Assembly (NCBI GenBank): GCA_964016885.1
Contig: CAXHJY010001446.1
Span: forward strand, 1 to 64,000
DNA from: Eledone cirrhosa
Taxonomy: Eukaryota
Direction: 5' to 3'
DNA length: 64,000 bases
In this document: piece by piece, positions 41,862-54,524 of the stretch
How positions within the stretch are numbered: the stretch's first letter is position 1
Layout: each line of letters opens with the position of its first letter
Position numbers and translations under genes: made by a program
Notes under the pieces: model-generated
Seen by the model: the letters and a program-made list of their open reading frames with translations, nothing else
Told to the model about the DNA's origin: nothing
Database searches by the model: none

Positions 41862-42387
41862 ATATATATCATCATCTTCGTTTAACGTCCATCTTCCACA
41901 GTATATACATATGTATAAATATATATATATATATATATACATAAGAACTCTGGATTCTGTTTTTTCAAATATTGATAATTGATGCTGTCAGGTATGAAAG
42001 ATAGGAGGGAAAAGTAAGAGCCGTTTCTAATATTTATTTCTCTTTTAGGGTCGAACGCTTTATTTTCTTTTTGTTAACAGCCGAATGCATAAATATCGAT
42101 ATATGTGACAATATATCAATACCTCCTCAAAGATTCTTCAGTTATAGGGCACACGTGCCTATCTCTATATAAATATTTAATATAAATCTTTAGTGACATA
42201 TATGTATATATATATGTATATATCATTATCATCGTTTAACTTCCATCTTCCATGCTAGCATATATATATATATATATATATATGTGTATGTATATATATA
42301 TACATATGTATATATATATATACATACATATGTATATATATATATATATACATATATATGTATATATATATATACATATATATATAT

Positions 42388-42430
<43 letters not shown>

Positions 42431-42570
42431 TATATATATATATACACATATATATATATATATATATAGATATATATGTATATATATACATATATATGTA
42501 TATATATATATACATATATATGTATATATATATATACATATATATGTATATATATATATACATATATATG

Positions 42571-43978
42571 TCATCATCATCATCATCATCAGGTTTAGCG
42601 TCCGTGTTCCACGCTTGCATGGGTTTGGACGGGGGTTTTCCCACTTGAGGCAAGAGTGGTTGTCTTGCTCGCATAGTACTGTCTGGCGGGTTTTCTACAG
42701 TTGGATGCCCTTCCTAACACCAACCACATTTACAGTGTGGGGCTGGGAGGTTTTTACCGTGTTGCCTACACGGCCACATTACAGCGTGGACTGTCTGGCG
42801 GGTTTTCTACAGCTGGATGCCCTTCCTAACACCAACCACATTTACAGTGTGGGGCTGGGAGGTTTTTACCGTGTTGCCTACACGGCCACATTTACAGCGT
42901 GGACTGTGTGTTTTTTGTCGTGACACCTACACGATCTCATTTGTTTCGGCCTGGATGTTGTGGGACCAACATAACTTTACATTGAAAGGGGCGGTGTGGG
43001 TGGGGTGGAGGTGGTGGGACGGGGGGGTGTTTTGATAGAGGTGCCTACTGACTGTAGTAGGTTTTTACTTTGTATTTAGGTAAGGCGGGTCTTCTCTATT
43101 ACTGAGTACCGCCAAAGGTCTCGGTCCAGTGACATTGTCTTGGAGAGGTGTAAGCGTGTGAGGTCGGAATTTATCAGCTCGTCCCATGTTTTTCTGGGTC
43201 TGCCTACTCCGTGGCTACCGTCTATCTTTATTGCCCTGCACTTTGTTATACAGCTGTCGTCTTTCATGCGCATCACGTGACCGTACCAACGTAGCCTTCT
43301 CTCGAGTAAACAACATCTGATCCCTCTTATTTCTAATTTTTTCCTTAGTTCGTTTATGCTTTGCCGTTCGCGTATATTACTATTGCACATCCAGCGGAGC
43401 ATGCAAGCTTCGTTCCTCTCTAGTCTGCGTATATCCTCTGCACACAATGCCCAGGTCTCACTGCCATGCAGCATTGCTGTTCGTATGCAGGCATCGTATA
43501 ACCTGCCTTTCATTTTTAGGGAGAACCCTCTAGCGGCTAATAGTGGTATAAGCTCTCTGAACTTTTTCCATCCAGTTCTGACTCTAGCTACTGTACTTTC
43601 AGAGCACCCTCCCCCACTGCTGATTTTGTCACCCAGATAACGGAAGCTGTCCACTATTTCTATAGAACCCTCTGCGCAGTTGAAGGAGCTAGTATTTTGT
43701 GGGCACTTGCTGCTACTTATTGCACCAGAGCACCGGCCACATGTAAAATCTATGTTCTTAGTTAGCTTACCTGTGATCCCACTACATCTTTTATGCACCC
43801 ATACTTTGCATTTGGGACATAAAATGGAGTTTCTACCTACGCCTTTCCTACACACTGAGCATGGCCATTTCCCCGATGGGACCGCCGCCTTATTTTCTTT
43901 CCTACAAACTAGAACTTTAGTCTTAGCCAGGTTAATTTTAAGGCCTTTTGATTCTAGGCCGTGCTTCCACGTTTGGAA
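42571..43978 (-). mobile_element. 5'-truncated RTE-clade LINE with a ~112 bp tandem duplication in the 3' UTR
   Basis: ORF 43076-43978; UTR duplication at 42678-42789 / 42790-42902; (GAT)n tail. Confidence 0.93.
43076..43978 (-). CDS. RTE ORF C-terminal part (end of RT, PHD finger, thumb region)
   Basis: [12 protein letters not shown] - C4HC3 finger - FRYLG - [12 protein letters not shown] - GRPRKTW; no stops; the N-terminal part in the ORF track is microsatellite. Confidence 0.9.
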   Translation of the reverse strand, partial: FQTWKHGLESKGLKINLAKTKVLVCRKENKAAVPSGKWPCSVCRKGVGRNSILCPKCKVWVHKRCSGITGKLTKNIDFTCGRCSGAISSSKCPQNTSSFNCAEGSIEIVDSFRYLGDKISSGGGCSESTVARVRTGWKKFRELIPLLAARGFSLKMKGRLYDACIRTAMLHGSETWALCAEDIRRLERNEACMLRWMCNSNIRERQSINELRKKLEIRGIRCCLLERRLRWYGHVMRMKDDSCITKCRAIKIDGSHGVGRPRKTWDELINSDLTRLHLSKTMSLDRDLWRYSVIEKTRLT

Positions 43979-44046
43979 TATATATATACATATATATGTA
44001 TATATATATATATACATATATATGTATATATATATACATATATATG

Positions 44047-44124
<78 letters not shown>

Positions 44125-44132
44125 ATAATAAT

Positions 44133-44468
44133 GGAAGCACATGGCTTAGTGGTTAGAGCATTGGCCTTGCAATCGAAAGGTTGTGAGTTCAATTCTCAGA
44201 CCGGGTGATGTGTTGTTTCCTTGATCAAAACACTTTATTTCTCATTGCTCCAGTTTACTCAGCTGTAGAAATGAGATGATAGGGACTGGGGTCCATATCA
44301 TTCCACTGCAAAGTGGTCGTGGAGGTGCCACAGCAAAAAAGCACCCACCACTTACTGTAAATGAGGTTGGTGTTAGGAAGGGCATCCAGCTGTAGAAATC
44401 AAGCCAGAATCAGTTCCCGTCCCACCCTTGCAAGCAGGGAAAAGCGGACGTAAAATGATGATGATGAT
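44133..44468 (+). mobile_element. SINE family A
   Basis: Complete from head to (TGA)n tail. Confidence 0.9.
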
Positions 44469-44892
44469 TAATTCAAAATATTAACAAAAATAGACATTCA
44501 TGTGATCAAGATATTTTATTATACATATTTCAGAGGTACTGAGCTATCTTCAATAGTACGTCCTCATCAGATAAAATAAGATGATGCATGACATACCCTG
44601 ATATAGTAGATGGTTAAGATTCAGTCATGACTACCATGACTGAATCTTAACCATCTACTATATCAGGGTATGTCATGCATCATCTTATTTTATCTGATGA
44701 GGACGTACTATTGAAGATAGCTCAGTACCTCTGAAATATGTATAATAAAATATCTTGATCACATGAATGTCTATTTTTGTTAATATTTTGAATTAATATT
44801 AATAACTCCGGAAAACCAATACTGTTGAGTGCTTTCAATCTATTGTAAAACTAATTCTTTGATTTATTCATTGAACCTTGTTTAACCTTTAA
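44467..44892 (+). mobile_element. PLE-type perfect palindrome (163-bp arms, 5-nt loop) plus tail
   Basis: 44467-44629 is the reverse complement of 44635-44797; tail contains ACTC-N16-TTGAGTGC. Confidence 0.9.
44686..44752 (+). ncRNA. Minimal type-I hammerhead ribozyme (mirror copy on the minus strand at ~44512-44578)
   Basis: tattttat-CTGATGA-ggacgtact..agtacctct-GAAA-T-ATGT-A-TA-ataaaata. Confidence 0.78.
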
Positions 44893-45252
44893 ATATATAT
44901 ATATATATAACCAATTACAACAGCATATATCCCAATAGCTTACTTCATCAATATAACTTTCTATTGTATATAACAATTGATAAATCTGTATCTAGTAAGA
45001 TTCTAATACGGTTCCATCTTTCAATAATTCCATTCTTTCAAATCTAAAATTCTATATTGTCATCAGATTTATTATAAATATTTAATTATTTAAATATATA
45101 ACCTATACTTTCCATTAAAAACTCAATAAATGAAAGTAGTTTGATTTATATTATAGAAGTCAACTGTATAATAGCTTTCTTATGTATCAGCTTTAATAAA
45201 ACTGGTTATGTATTCTTATATCGAATAATTATTTGAGATTATACAATCTTCT

Positions 45253-45404
45253 GGGTGGTGAATTGTCAGTCGTTAGAACGTTGGATAGAATGCTTCGCAG
45301 TATTCGTTTCTGCTCTCTGAGTTCAAATCCCGACGAGGTCAACTTTGCCTTTCATCCATTCGAGGTTGATAAAAAAATGTACCAGTCAAGTACAGTGGTC
45401 GATT
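45253..45404 (+). mobile_element. SINE family C, diverged
   Basis: Matches the family consensus. Confidence 0.75.
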
Positions 45405-45773
45405 TTTCCTCTATATATCTTTCTCACTTCCTCTCTCCCACTATCTCTTCATATATATATATTATAAGTACCAGTCTAGTACTGGGGTCAATTCTTCCTC
45501 TATATCTCTTTTTCACTTCCCTTCTCTCTTTCACTGGAAGAAATCTGCTGTACTCAGACCTGGAGAGGAGATGGGCTCTGCCAGGTTTTAAAATGCCTTA
45601 AGAAATACCGTATATCACTATGGCGCTCCTACATCTCCCTCAACACAGGACCATGCAGGCATACAATTTTCTACACTCATTCAAAGATGTAGCAAGGATT
45701 TTTTAAAAACTTTTCTTCCATACCGCTTTTTATATTATTTTATTGTTTCATTCAATGCTGTGACTGTGCTATG

Positions 45774-45804
<31 letters not shown>

Positions 45805-45878
45805 AGAACGAGGAATCAGTATTGCATCAAATCACAATTTATTAACATATTACATATGTTTCTCCGTCGATCAGCTCG

Positions 45879-46225
45879 ATCATCATCATCATCATCATTT
45901 CATTTTACGTCCACTTTTCCCTGCTTGCAAGGGTGGGACGGGAACTGATTCTGGCTTGATTTCTACAGCTGGATGCCCTTCCTAACACCAACCTCATTTA
46001 CAGTGAGTGCTGGGTGCTTTTTTGCCGTGGCACCTCCACGACCACTTTGCAGTGGAATGATAGGGACCCCAGTCCCTATCATCTCATTTCTACAGCTGAG
46101 TAAACTGGAGCAATGTGAAATAAAGTGTCTTGCTCAAGGAAACAACACATCACCCGGTCTGAGAATTGAACTCACAACCTTTCGATTGCAAGGCCAATGC
46201 TCTAACCACTAAGCCATGTGCCTCC
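45879..46225 (-). mobile_element. SINE family A
   Basis: Complete reverse-complement copy. Confidence 0.9.
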
Positions 46226-46233
46226 ATGTGCCT

Positions 46234-46267
<34 letters not shown>

Positions 46268-46666
46268 TACAGGCTTCTATAATTACCGTCTACCAAATTC
46301 CTCAAGGCACTAGTTAACTCGAAGCTATACTAGAAGACACCGTACAACAAGAGTGAACCAGAATTGCAAGGTTGCTAAGTGACATTCTTAACTATATAAC
46401 CATGCCTGCACCTATATATCTTCATTTGAATTTAGTTTGATGTTGTTTTATATTAAAATATAATCTTGTTTATAATCCAATGTCTTCATATTCCAGATTG
46501 TTTTCATCTGTTAACGTTTATTTTTTTTGATATTTGCTAAAATAATACCTTTCTGTCAACATTTACCAAATTACTTTTTTGTGACAACATATAGTTTACA
46601 AACACACAACACTTATATGAACAAAGTCTGTAAAAGATATTTTAAGACGTGTAAGTTTATTGATTA

Positions 46667-46825
46667 AGGAGGTGTATTGGCAGAGTTGTTAAAGTGCTGG
46701 ACAGAGTACCAATTGTTGTTTGTTCCGACTCTCTGTTCTCCGAGTTCAAATCTGGGTGAGGTCAATTTTGATTTACATCCTTTCGAGGTTGATAAAAAAA
46801 GTACCAGTCTAGTATTGGGGTCAAT
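46667..46825 (+). mobile_element. SINE family C, diverged
   Basis: GAGTTCAAATCTGGGTGAGGTCAATTTTG...CATCCTTTCGAGGTTGATAAAA. Confidence 0.7.
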
Positions 46826-47286
46826 TCTTCCTTTGTAAATCTTTCTCACTTTCTATCCATCTCTGGAAGGTTGAAAGGCAAGGTGAACTATGACCAGATT
46901 TGAACTCAGATCACAGAGAGCCATTATTAAACTGACAAGATATTCTATCCAACGTTCTAATGAGTTTGTCAGCTAATCATACCTCACCTTTTTACATATC
47001 TTTTATTTTCAGTTTTAAATTCTAATCAATATTATTTATCTTATAAATGCTTTATTCTCGCCAGTATTTTAACATATTTTCACACATTTTCCTATAATTT
47101 CATAACATATGGTTTCCTTCTATCTTTTTTAATTAAATAACAGTTAATCACTGTTACTAACAACTCATAGTTTTCACACATTTACTCTACTGATTACTAT
47201 TTCTACAAAACTGTCTTATTTTATATAAGTTTTACAGTTAATTTCATTTAAATCGATATGTTCATCATCATCATCTCCTTCTTCTC

Positions 47287-47660
47287 CTTCAGTGAACTCC
47301 CAGAGCAAACTAAGGATGTTGAAATGGAGAGGAGACTGTTTAAATCAACAGTTTCTGCTTCAGCTGTTAAATTCTGTGGGAGAAAGTGGCTTGGTGTGAC
47401 ACCAGGTTGCAGGAGGACCTATTGGTTTAATCAAGAGGGTCAAAGAAGCCATTTAAGCAAATAAGGAGGCCTACAAAGCTTGTCTTGTAAATAAGTCCTC
47501 CTCCTTGTACTTGCAGAAGAAGCAAATGCAAAATATCACAACAGAGACATTAAAGTCATCCAAAGTTAAGAGATGGGAGGACTTTGGTGGTTAAGCTGTA
47601 ATCCGACTTCAGATCAACAAATACAAATTTTGTTGAGTAACCAGTGGGGAGGGGGCACCA
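47287..47660 (+). pseudogene. Degenerate RTE-type ORF fragment (EN-RT linker)
   Basis: FSELPEQTKDVEME.RLFK...SAVKFCGRK.LG...RTYWFNQE / KEAYKA...SK..RWEDFG, with frameshifts. Confidence 0.6.
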
Positions 47661-48899
47661 AGTTAATCTTAAAGACAAACAATGGATATTTACGCCTCTA
47701 TCCTCTCTTTTAGTCTTTAAGTGTAACTTACCCAATTTCCTCAACTATTATCTATTGTGATTGACAGTTATTCCAATTATTTTCTACGTTTGGGAGATTT
47801 TCCTATCATTACAAGGTTTCTCAGCCCCTCATTCTTCTTATTTTTATTTCCAGATCTTTTTAATTAGACAATTTATCTATTTCTTTAAAAGCTACATTCT
47901 GATGTGACTGATATACTGGTCAGAGGACATTTCCGGACGGTCCTTGAAAACAATATCCGGTTGATTTTGCCTTCACCTCTCTGCTGGAAACAATTCCTCA
48001 TAACAATATCCGCCAGATTATGTTATTCCTTTGTTATTATTATGCATCAACATTAAGGTTACTGGACTAATAGAATCAGTAGAGCGTTGGAAAAATAGAT
48101 AATTGTATTTTTCCTGTTATTTAGATTCTGAGTTCAAATCCTGCTGGGATCAATTTTGGTTTTCGGGATTGATAAAATAAAATACCAGTCAAATACTGGG
48201 CGTCGATTTAATCGTCTTTCTCCTCTTCAAAATTGCTCGGCTTATACCTTGAGTAGAAATTATTACTCTTCAGCAGTCTCAGTCAGTTTTATATTTGGTG
48301 TAGTGGTACCAAAGTCGTACGACAGAGAGCATGTGTAACTTTAATTCCCGTGGGTGATACCCTCCAAGCAATAATTTTAGTTAATTTCACGAGCAGGTTG
48401 TTTCGTTGATCGAACGAACATTTGGGACACTCATCGTCGAAACTGCTGGAGATCCATCGATTTAAACATGATATTCTTAAAGACCCATTATGGCCCTTCT
48501 CCCTTCTACTTCGCAACAGTCTGTTAATTTCAACTTGAGATTTATATGTCGTCTCCCTTGTCAAAGGAAAACATGTTTTTTTTAATTTATTGTTCGTTTT
48601 GCGTGGTTCTTCGAATTTCTTTCCAATTTCTCTTTGGTGAATGTTTTGTCGTTCTAGGGTGGATATTTATAGTTCTAATCAGAGAATGTCTCTATTTGTG
48701 GCAAACGAATATTTTCTATGTCGGGTGTATTCTAAATTTCGTTAGTCTTTTTTCTTTTCTTCCGTCTAGTCTTGATAATTCACTTAGTGTGCTGTTGAGA
48801 TTTTCAAACTATAGAGTATTACTGCGATAGCTAAAATATAGATATCTATTAGCTATTTAAAAAGAAAGAACAAAATCTTCCTTCCAAATCTTTTATTTC

Positions 48900-48941
<42 letters not shown>

Positions 48942-49299
48942 GTGTCTATATATGTATGCATATACTTACATATATACATATATATATACATAAATACTTA
49001 TATATACACATATATATATGTATGTATATATATAAGTATTTATGTATATATATGTAAGTATATGCATGTATATATGTAAGTATATGTATGTATATATACA
49101 TGTATATATATGTGTGTATAAGCGTCGACTTACACTGCCTAGTCGATGCATTCCTAAATATATACAAGTCTGTCTCTGGTCTAATTGTCTTATCGTTTTC
49201 TCTTCATCGAACACGATAGATTTCTTAATTTTCCTATGTTCAAAATTGTCTTGTAGATATTTGCTAATCCAATAACTATATCAATTCCTCAAGTAAATA

Positions 49300-49400
49300 T
49301 AAGAGTGTCCCCAAAACATGTATACACACTTTGATTACCTGTACAGGCAATATTTATTAGAATGCTGTTGAAATGTGTACACATTTTTGGGGACACTTTG
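49300..49400. mobile_element. Tc1/mariner-type MITE
   Basis: Terminal inverted repeats AGTGTCCCCAAAA / TTTTGGGGACACT; homologous to 51845-51930. Confidence 0.7.
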
Positions 49401-49408
49401 TGTATATG

Positions 49409-49605
49409 AGTGAAGGCTGAGTGGTTAGTGAATTGGATTCGCAATCGTGAGGTTGTGAGTTCGATTCCTCGACCAGGCGATGCGTTATGTCCTTGAGCAA
49501 GTTGCTCCTTCTACCTGGAGTTGCGACCGATAGATAGTATTAGCAATTGGAAAGACCAACGGAAACATTGTTTCCTCGGTCCGATTTGACGAAAGTCGAT
49601 CGTTC
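49409..49605 (+). mobile_element. SINE family B
   Basis: Matches 10971-11189 with small deletions. Confidence 0.85.
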
Positions 49606-49653
<48 letters not shown>

Positions 49654-49703
49654 GTATTTAGTAGGAAGTTCAGTTGTTTATTATTTACAGCATAAGAGAT
49701 GTG

Positions 49704-50053
49704 GACTGACAGAATCATTAGGTGCGTCCGACAAATGCTTTGCAGTATTCATTCTATTTTTATGTTCTTAGTTCAAATCCCGCTGAGGGCAATCTAGCCT
49801 TTCATTGTTCCAGGGTCGATACGCACCGGGGTTGATTTAATCGACTTTCCCCTCCCCTCAAAATGTTTGGACTTGTACCTAAATCAGAAACCAAGGTTGG
49901 ACATGCTTTACAGCATAGTTATGTCCCTTTACGATCTGAGTTCAAATCCGGCCGAGGTTAACTTTGCCTTTCATCCTTACGGGGTCGATAAAATAAAGTA
50001 CCAGTAATGTACTGGGTAATTGCTGGCCTTGTGCCAAAAATAGAAACAATTAT
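49704..50053 (+). mobile_element. Two tandem SINE family C copies
   Basis: An older copy at 49704-49892 is followed by a younger truncated copy at 49896-50053. Confidence 0.75.
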
Positions 50054-51577
50054 TTGTTAAGTAATTCATTTGTTGGTTAGTCATGTTGATCCTTGACCTA
50101 CTCAATGACAATTCTTGTTATCCTCTATCTCCATCTAGTTCTATTTTATTCCAATGTCTATTCGAGGTGTTTTTTCTATTTCTCTAACATTTCGACTTAC
50201 CATGTAGTCAGCCAGGAAAGAGTGAGACTGACAGTTCAGTTCATTCGTTCCACGAAGTTTTATCAATTCTAGACGTACGTTGTGACAGCTCTGTATATAT
50301 CTCAGCTTATAACAGACGTGTTAGGCCGGTCAGTTCGGCTGCAATAGAATTCTACAAATCGTGAAGACAGGAATTAGGACAGGTTTTACGCCATTAAAAA
50401 TTCTGCGTTGTATCAAAGACTGATTGATTTTATCGTTGACCGTTGAGAAAAGTTTAATGTAGTAACATTTCTATTAAGGATTCAATTAGTGTACACGCAC
50501 ACACATTTATATATATATATATACTCTCACACACACACATATATACACTCTCGCAAACATAGTCTTTCTCCCAACACACATACACTCACATAAAAACACG
50601 CCCGCACACTCTCTCTGCTGAAGATGTTGGTGTTGTTACCATGATTGTTTGTGCTGTTATCATTGTTGCTATTTTAGTTTACCCTTGTTATTATTATTGT
50701 TGTTGTTGTTGCTATTGTTGTATATATAAGGAAATTTAATTCAGTAAACTGGCTCGCAACCAACAGATTCCTATTGAAGAAATCTACTTTTTATACTCCG
50801 TTACATTTGTTCTGCATACAGTGATATTACTCTGTGTAATTATTTGTGGATGTTTGTGTATGTATTTAGGTATATGTGTAGGTGTGATCGTTATTTGTTT
50901 GTGTGTGTATGTGTTTTCATGTGTGTGTATAGATATCTGTTGCAGATACAAATTTTAACAAACTTGAGTCGATATCTGCAAAATTCATCTTCTCTCTTCC
51001 ACACATGTACGATGAGAGAGAGAAGAGTGAGTGGGAAAGTGAGAGAACAGTTAGATCGATAGATAGAAAGATAGACAAATAGTTTGATAGATATAGATAA
51101 ATGGAGAGATGAAATAATCCTATAAATACGTATATTATATCTATTTTAATAGTTCTCATCTCATGGTTATAAAAAATCAATTATGGCGCTCGGAATAACG
51201 ATTTTTCATTTTTACTAACATAGGAGAGTTTTCCTTCATAAACTTCTCAACTCACACCAAACTATAAATTTGGCCTTTATCCATTTTGTGTCAGCAGTAC
51301 GACAATATATGCACCCATACTAGATTATCTCAATGTTTGCAACTATATTGTGTATATTTACATAGTAAATATATATTGTACAATATTTACTGTAACAAAT
51401 AAACTAAAAAAAACAAAATGTAGTAATTATATTTCAAGTGTAAACCAATGTATTTATGTGTAAAATATCTTCTTTTGAATACGAATTTTTTTTTCCATTT
51501 TTTGTTTCAATTTTCCCACATTTGAACGTTTGATTATTTCCTTTGTTTTTTTTTTCAATCCCTTTTCTTTCTTTCTC

Positions 51578-51607
<30 letters not shown>

Positions 51608-51609
<2 letters not shown>

Positions 51610-51816
51610 ACAAAGGAATTGTGTTAAGGAACCAAATGAACCATAACGCACCAGAGTACTCAATACATAGGGTAGTAGAGTGGGAAATAGGAAAAAGTAT
51701 GACCCCGACGGCAGAGCTCAAGCTGTTTCGACGGCTATTTCTGGACTAAATTAGAAAGTCCAGAAATAGCCGTCGAAACGGCTTGAGCTCTGCCGTCGGG
51801 GTCATACTTTTTCCTA
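51608..51816 (-). mobile_element. Fold-back element family D
   Basis: ~60 bp arms, loop ~TAAATTAGAA, same tail as the other copies. Confidence 0.85.
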
Positions 51817-51844
51817 TATATATATATATATACATATACATACA

Positions 51845-51930
51845 TACAAGGTGTCCCCCCCAAAAAAATATACACATTTTTATTAGGATGCTGTTGAAAT
51901 GTGTATACATTTTTTGGGACAACCTGTGTA
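51845..51930. mobile_element. Tc1/mariner-type MITE
   Basis: TA-CAAGGTGTCCC..AAAAAA.TATACACATTT / AAATGTGTATACATTTTTTGGGACAACCTG. Confidence 0.7.
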
Positions 51931-52618
51931 TATGTATGTATCATATTCATGTGTACATATATATATAAATATATATGTATGCATGCAATTTTTCTGTTTG
52001 TTAGAGTCTCTGTATTGCCCGTATGTTAGTCTATCTTCATCCGTCCCTCGTTTTCTTTCCCTTCTTCCGAACATCTTTCTATTGTCGATGTATCGTCATG
52101 GTAGGACTTTGAGTTATGGTTTCTCGCTCGACATTTTTCCTATCGAAAAACCGTCGATCTGGAAAATAGGCTTACGATCGGTAATTTTTGTTGTTATTGC
52201 TGTGTTTGTTCCGTCCGTCAGTTTATTCATCTACTTGTATACTGCACCGTTTGTCACGCGATTCCCCCGTGTTTGTGCTATGTCCCAGTTTTTCCACTCG
52301 TTTCCTTACATTTGATTTATTACGTATTCTAACGTAACAAAACAATCTCTTATCTTACTGACTTTTGGAAAAGATGTTTGTTAGGATGCATGTATGGATA
52401 CCAGCTGACTGGTTTGGGTTGGTTCCTGGATATTCTGATAGACATACATACAACTAATCACCAGGGAAGTTTATTGATGTATTAGAATACAACTTGCTGT
52501 AAGACATGTCTCGTATTGGTTATTCGAGTTTGAAGGGGGAAGAAATACGCATGCTCAATGCCTGCGTTTAGACGCGTATGCGTGTGTTTATACGTGTATA
52601 TGTGTATATATCTTTCTA

Positions 52619-52655
<37 letters not shown>

Positions 52656-52706
52656 GTGTATGTATGTTTGTATATATATATATATATATATGTGTATGTA
52701 TGTTTG

Positions 52707-52737
<31 letters not shown>

Positions 52738-52748
52738 ATGTATGTTTG

Positions 52749-52779
<31 letters not shown>

Positions 52780-53043
52780 ATGTTTGTATATATATGTGTG
52801 TGTGTATGTATGTATGTTTGTATATATATGTGTGTATGTGTGAATATATTGGTGATCTGTAATTACTACTGTACACTGTGATTGACATCTGCACCTTGTT
52901 ACCGAAGATATAAACGTATTGATATTCCATAAACATATATTATATATCACACACCATATATTATATATCATATATCACGCATCATGTATCACATATATTA
53001 TATTACACAGCATACATCACACATCATTCATCACACATCATTT

Positions 53044-53207
53044 GGCAGGGTCGGACATGCTTTCCAGCATAGTTACTTCCCTTTACAGTCTGAGTTCAAA
53101 TCCCGCTGAGGTTTACTTTGCCTTTCATCCTTACGGGGTCGATAAAATAAAGTACCTGTAATGTACTGGGTAATTGCTGGCTTTGTGCCAAAAGTAGAAA
53201 CAATTAT
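53044..53207 (+). mobile_element. SINE family C
   Basis: Matches the family consensus. Confidence 0.8.
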
Positions 53208-53512
53208 ATAAATTATATAATAGAAAGTATTATCTAGATATCTGAATTAGTTAATAAATTTTGTTGCTACTGTTGTTGTTGTTGTTGTTGGCGCTATTAT
53301 TGTCATTGGTGCTGATGTTGTTATTGTTAGTTGTTGTTTGTGTTGGAGCTGTTATTGTTGGAGGTGCTGTTGTTGTCGTCGTACCTTCCTGATTCATGCT
53401 ATACCCAGTAAAGCAGACCTTTGGATCAACGCTACATTTCTCTTCTGTTAAGTCCCTAAAGCATCAATAACAATGCTATTTACTTTTGCAAAGACGTTCC
53501 ACAATCTCCTTT

Positions 53513-53900
53513 AGGGCGGTAGATTGGCAGAATCGGTAGAGCGTCGGACATGCTTTGTGGTAAAGAGTTACGACCCTGAACACTTTGCTTTTCATCCTGA
53601 TGGGGGTCAATAAAATAAAGCACCAGCGATGCATTACGGTCGATTTAATCAACTTTCCCCTCCCCTAAAAATTGTTGGCTTTGTGCCTAAAGTAAAAACA
53701 ATTATTATCATCATAATAATAATTGTTTCTACTTCAGGCACAAGGCCAGCAATTATCCAGTGCATTACTGGTACTTTATTTTATCGACCCCGTAAGGATG
53801 AAAGGCAAAGTCAACCTCAACCTCGGCGGGATTTGAACTCAGATCGTAGAGGGACGTAACTATGCTGGAAAACATGGCGTCCGACACTCTACCGATCCTG
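53513..53900. mobile_element. Tail-to-tail pair of SINE family C copies
   Basis: 53513-53706 (+) and 53719-53900 (-). Confidence 0.8.
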
Positions 53901-54073
53901 ACATGATTGTGATATATTTCCATATATATACCTTCTCTTTATCTACTTATTTGATGAACTCAGATTTATAGTAAATGACAAAGAAGAAGAATATTTATGC
54001 ATTTAATTAAATATCTTTCGCTGTTTGCCCATAATTTTACTAGCATAAAAAATGTATTGCCCCCCCCCCCCCC

Positions 54074-54183
54074 ATATATATAAATGACTTCTACAGGATT
54101 AGAACTGTTACATTCATATGAAATCACTTCGATTGTTCATACGACTGAAACAGTTCTAGTCATGTAAAAGTCATTTATATATC
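54074..54183. mobile_element. Fold-back family E, diverged
   Basis: AAATGACTTCTACAGGATTAGAACTGTT / AACAGTTCTAGTCATGTAAAAGTCATTT. Confidence 0.7.
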
Positions 54184-54524
54184 TACAAAGATGCACACAG
54201 ATATATATGATTTATTTAGAATAATGGTTCCTATATAATAAACACGACCTATTAAGACAGCAATTGTGGTTGTAAAGAACCGAAGTAGGTCACCAAGTAT
54301 AATTAATGGCCATATTGAATGCTACTTCGATCTGAGGTTTTTCTTTTTTCAAGAAATATTAAGCGATGGTAGTACCACAAACAACAACAACAAATACAAC
54401 TGCAACAACAACAATACGACGATCATATCGACAACGTTTAACATTTCCTGTATATCAACCAACACAAAACAAACTACACGTGCAAAACAAAGAAGTAAGC
54501 GTTGTTATCTTATTTCATTATATG

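Noticed and set aside
44133-44205. tRNA-like sequence with a GCA anticodon-like loop
   Set aside because: It is a SINE head: the cloverleaf is imperfect and it is always followed by the SINE body
48380-48800. Possible decayed Naiad-like PLE (EIGKKF...CFP; GATGAG...CGAAAC on the minus strand)
   Set aside because: The motifs are too short and interrupted
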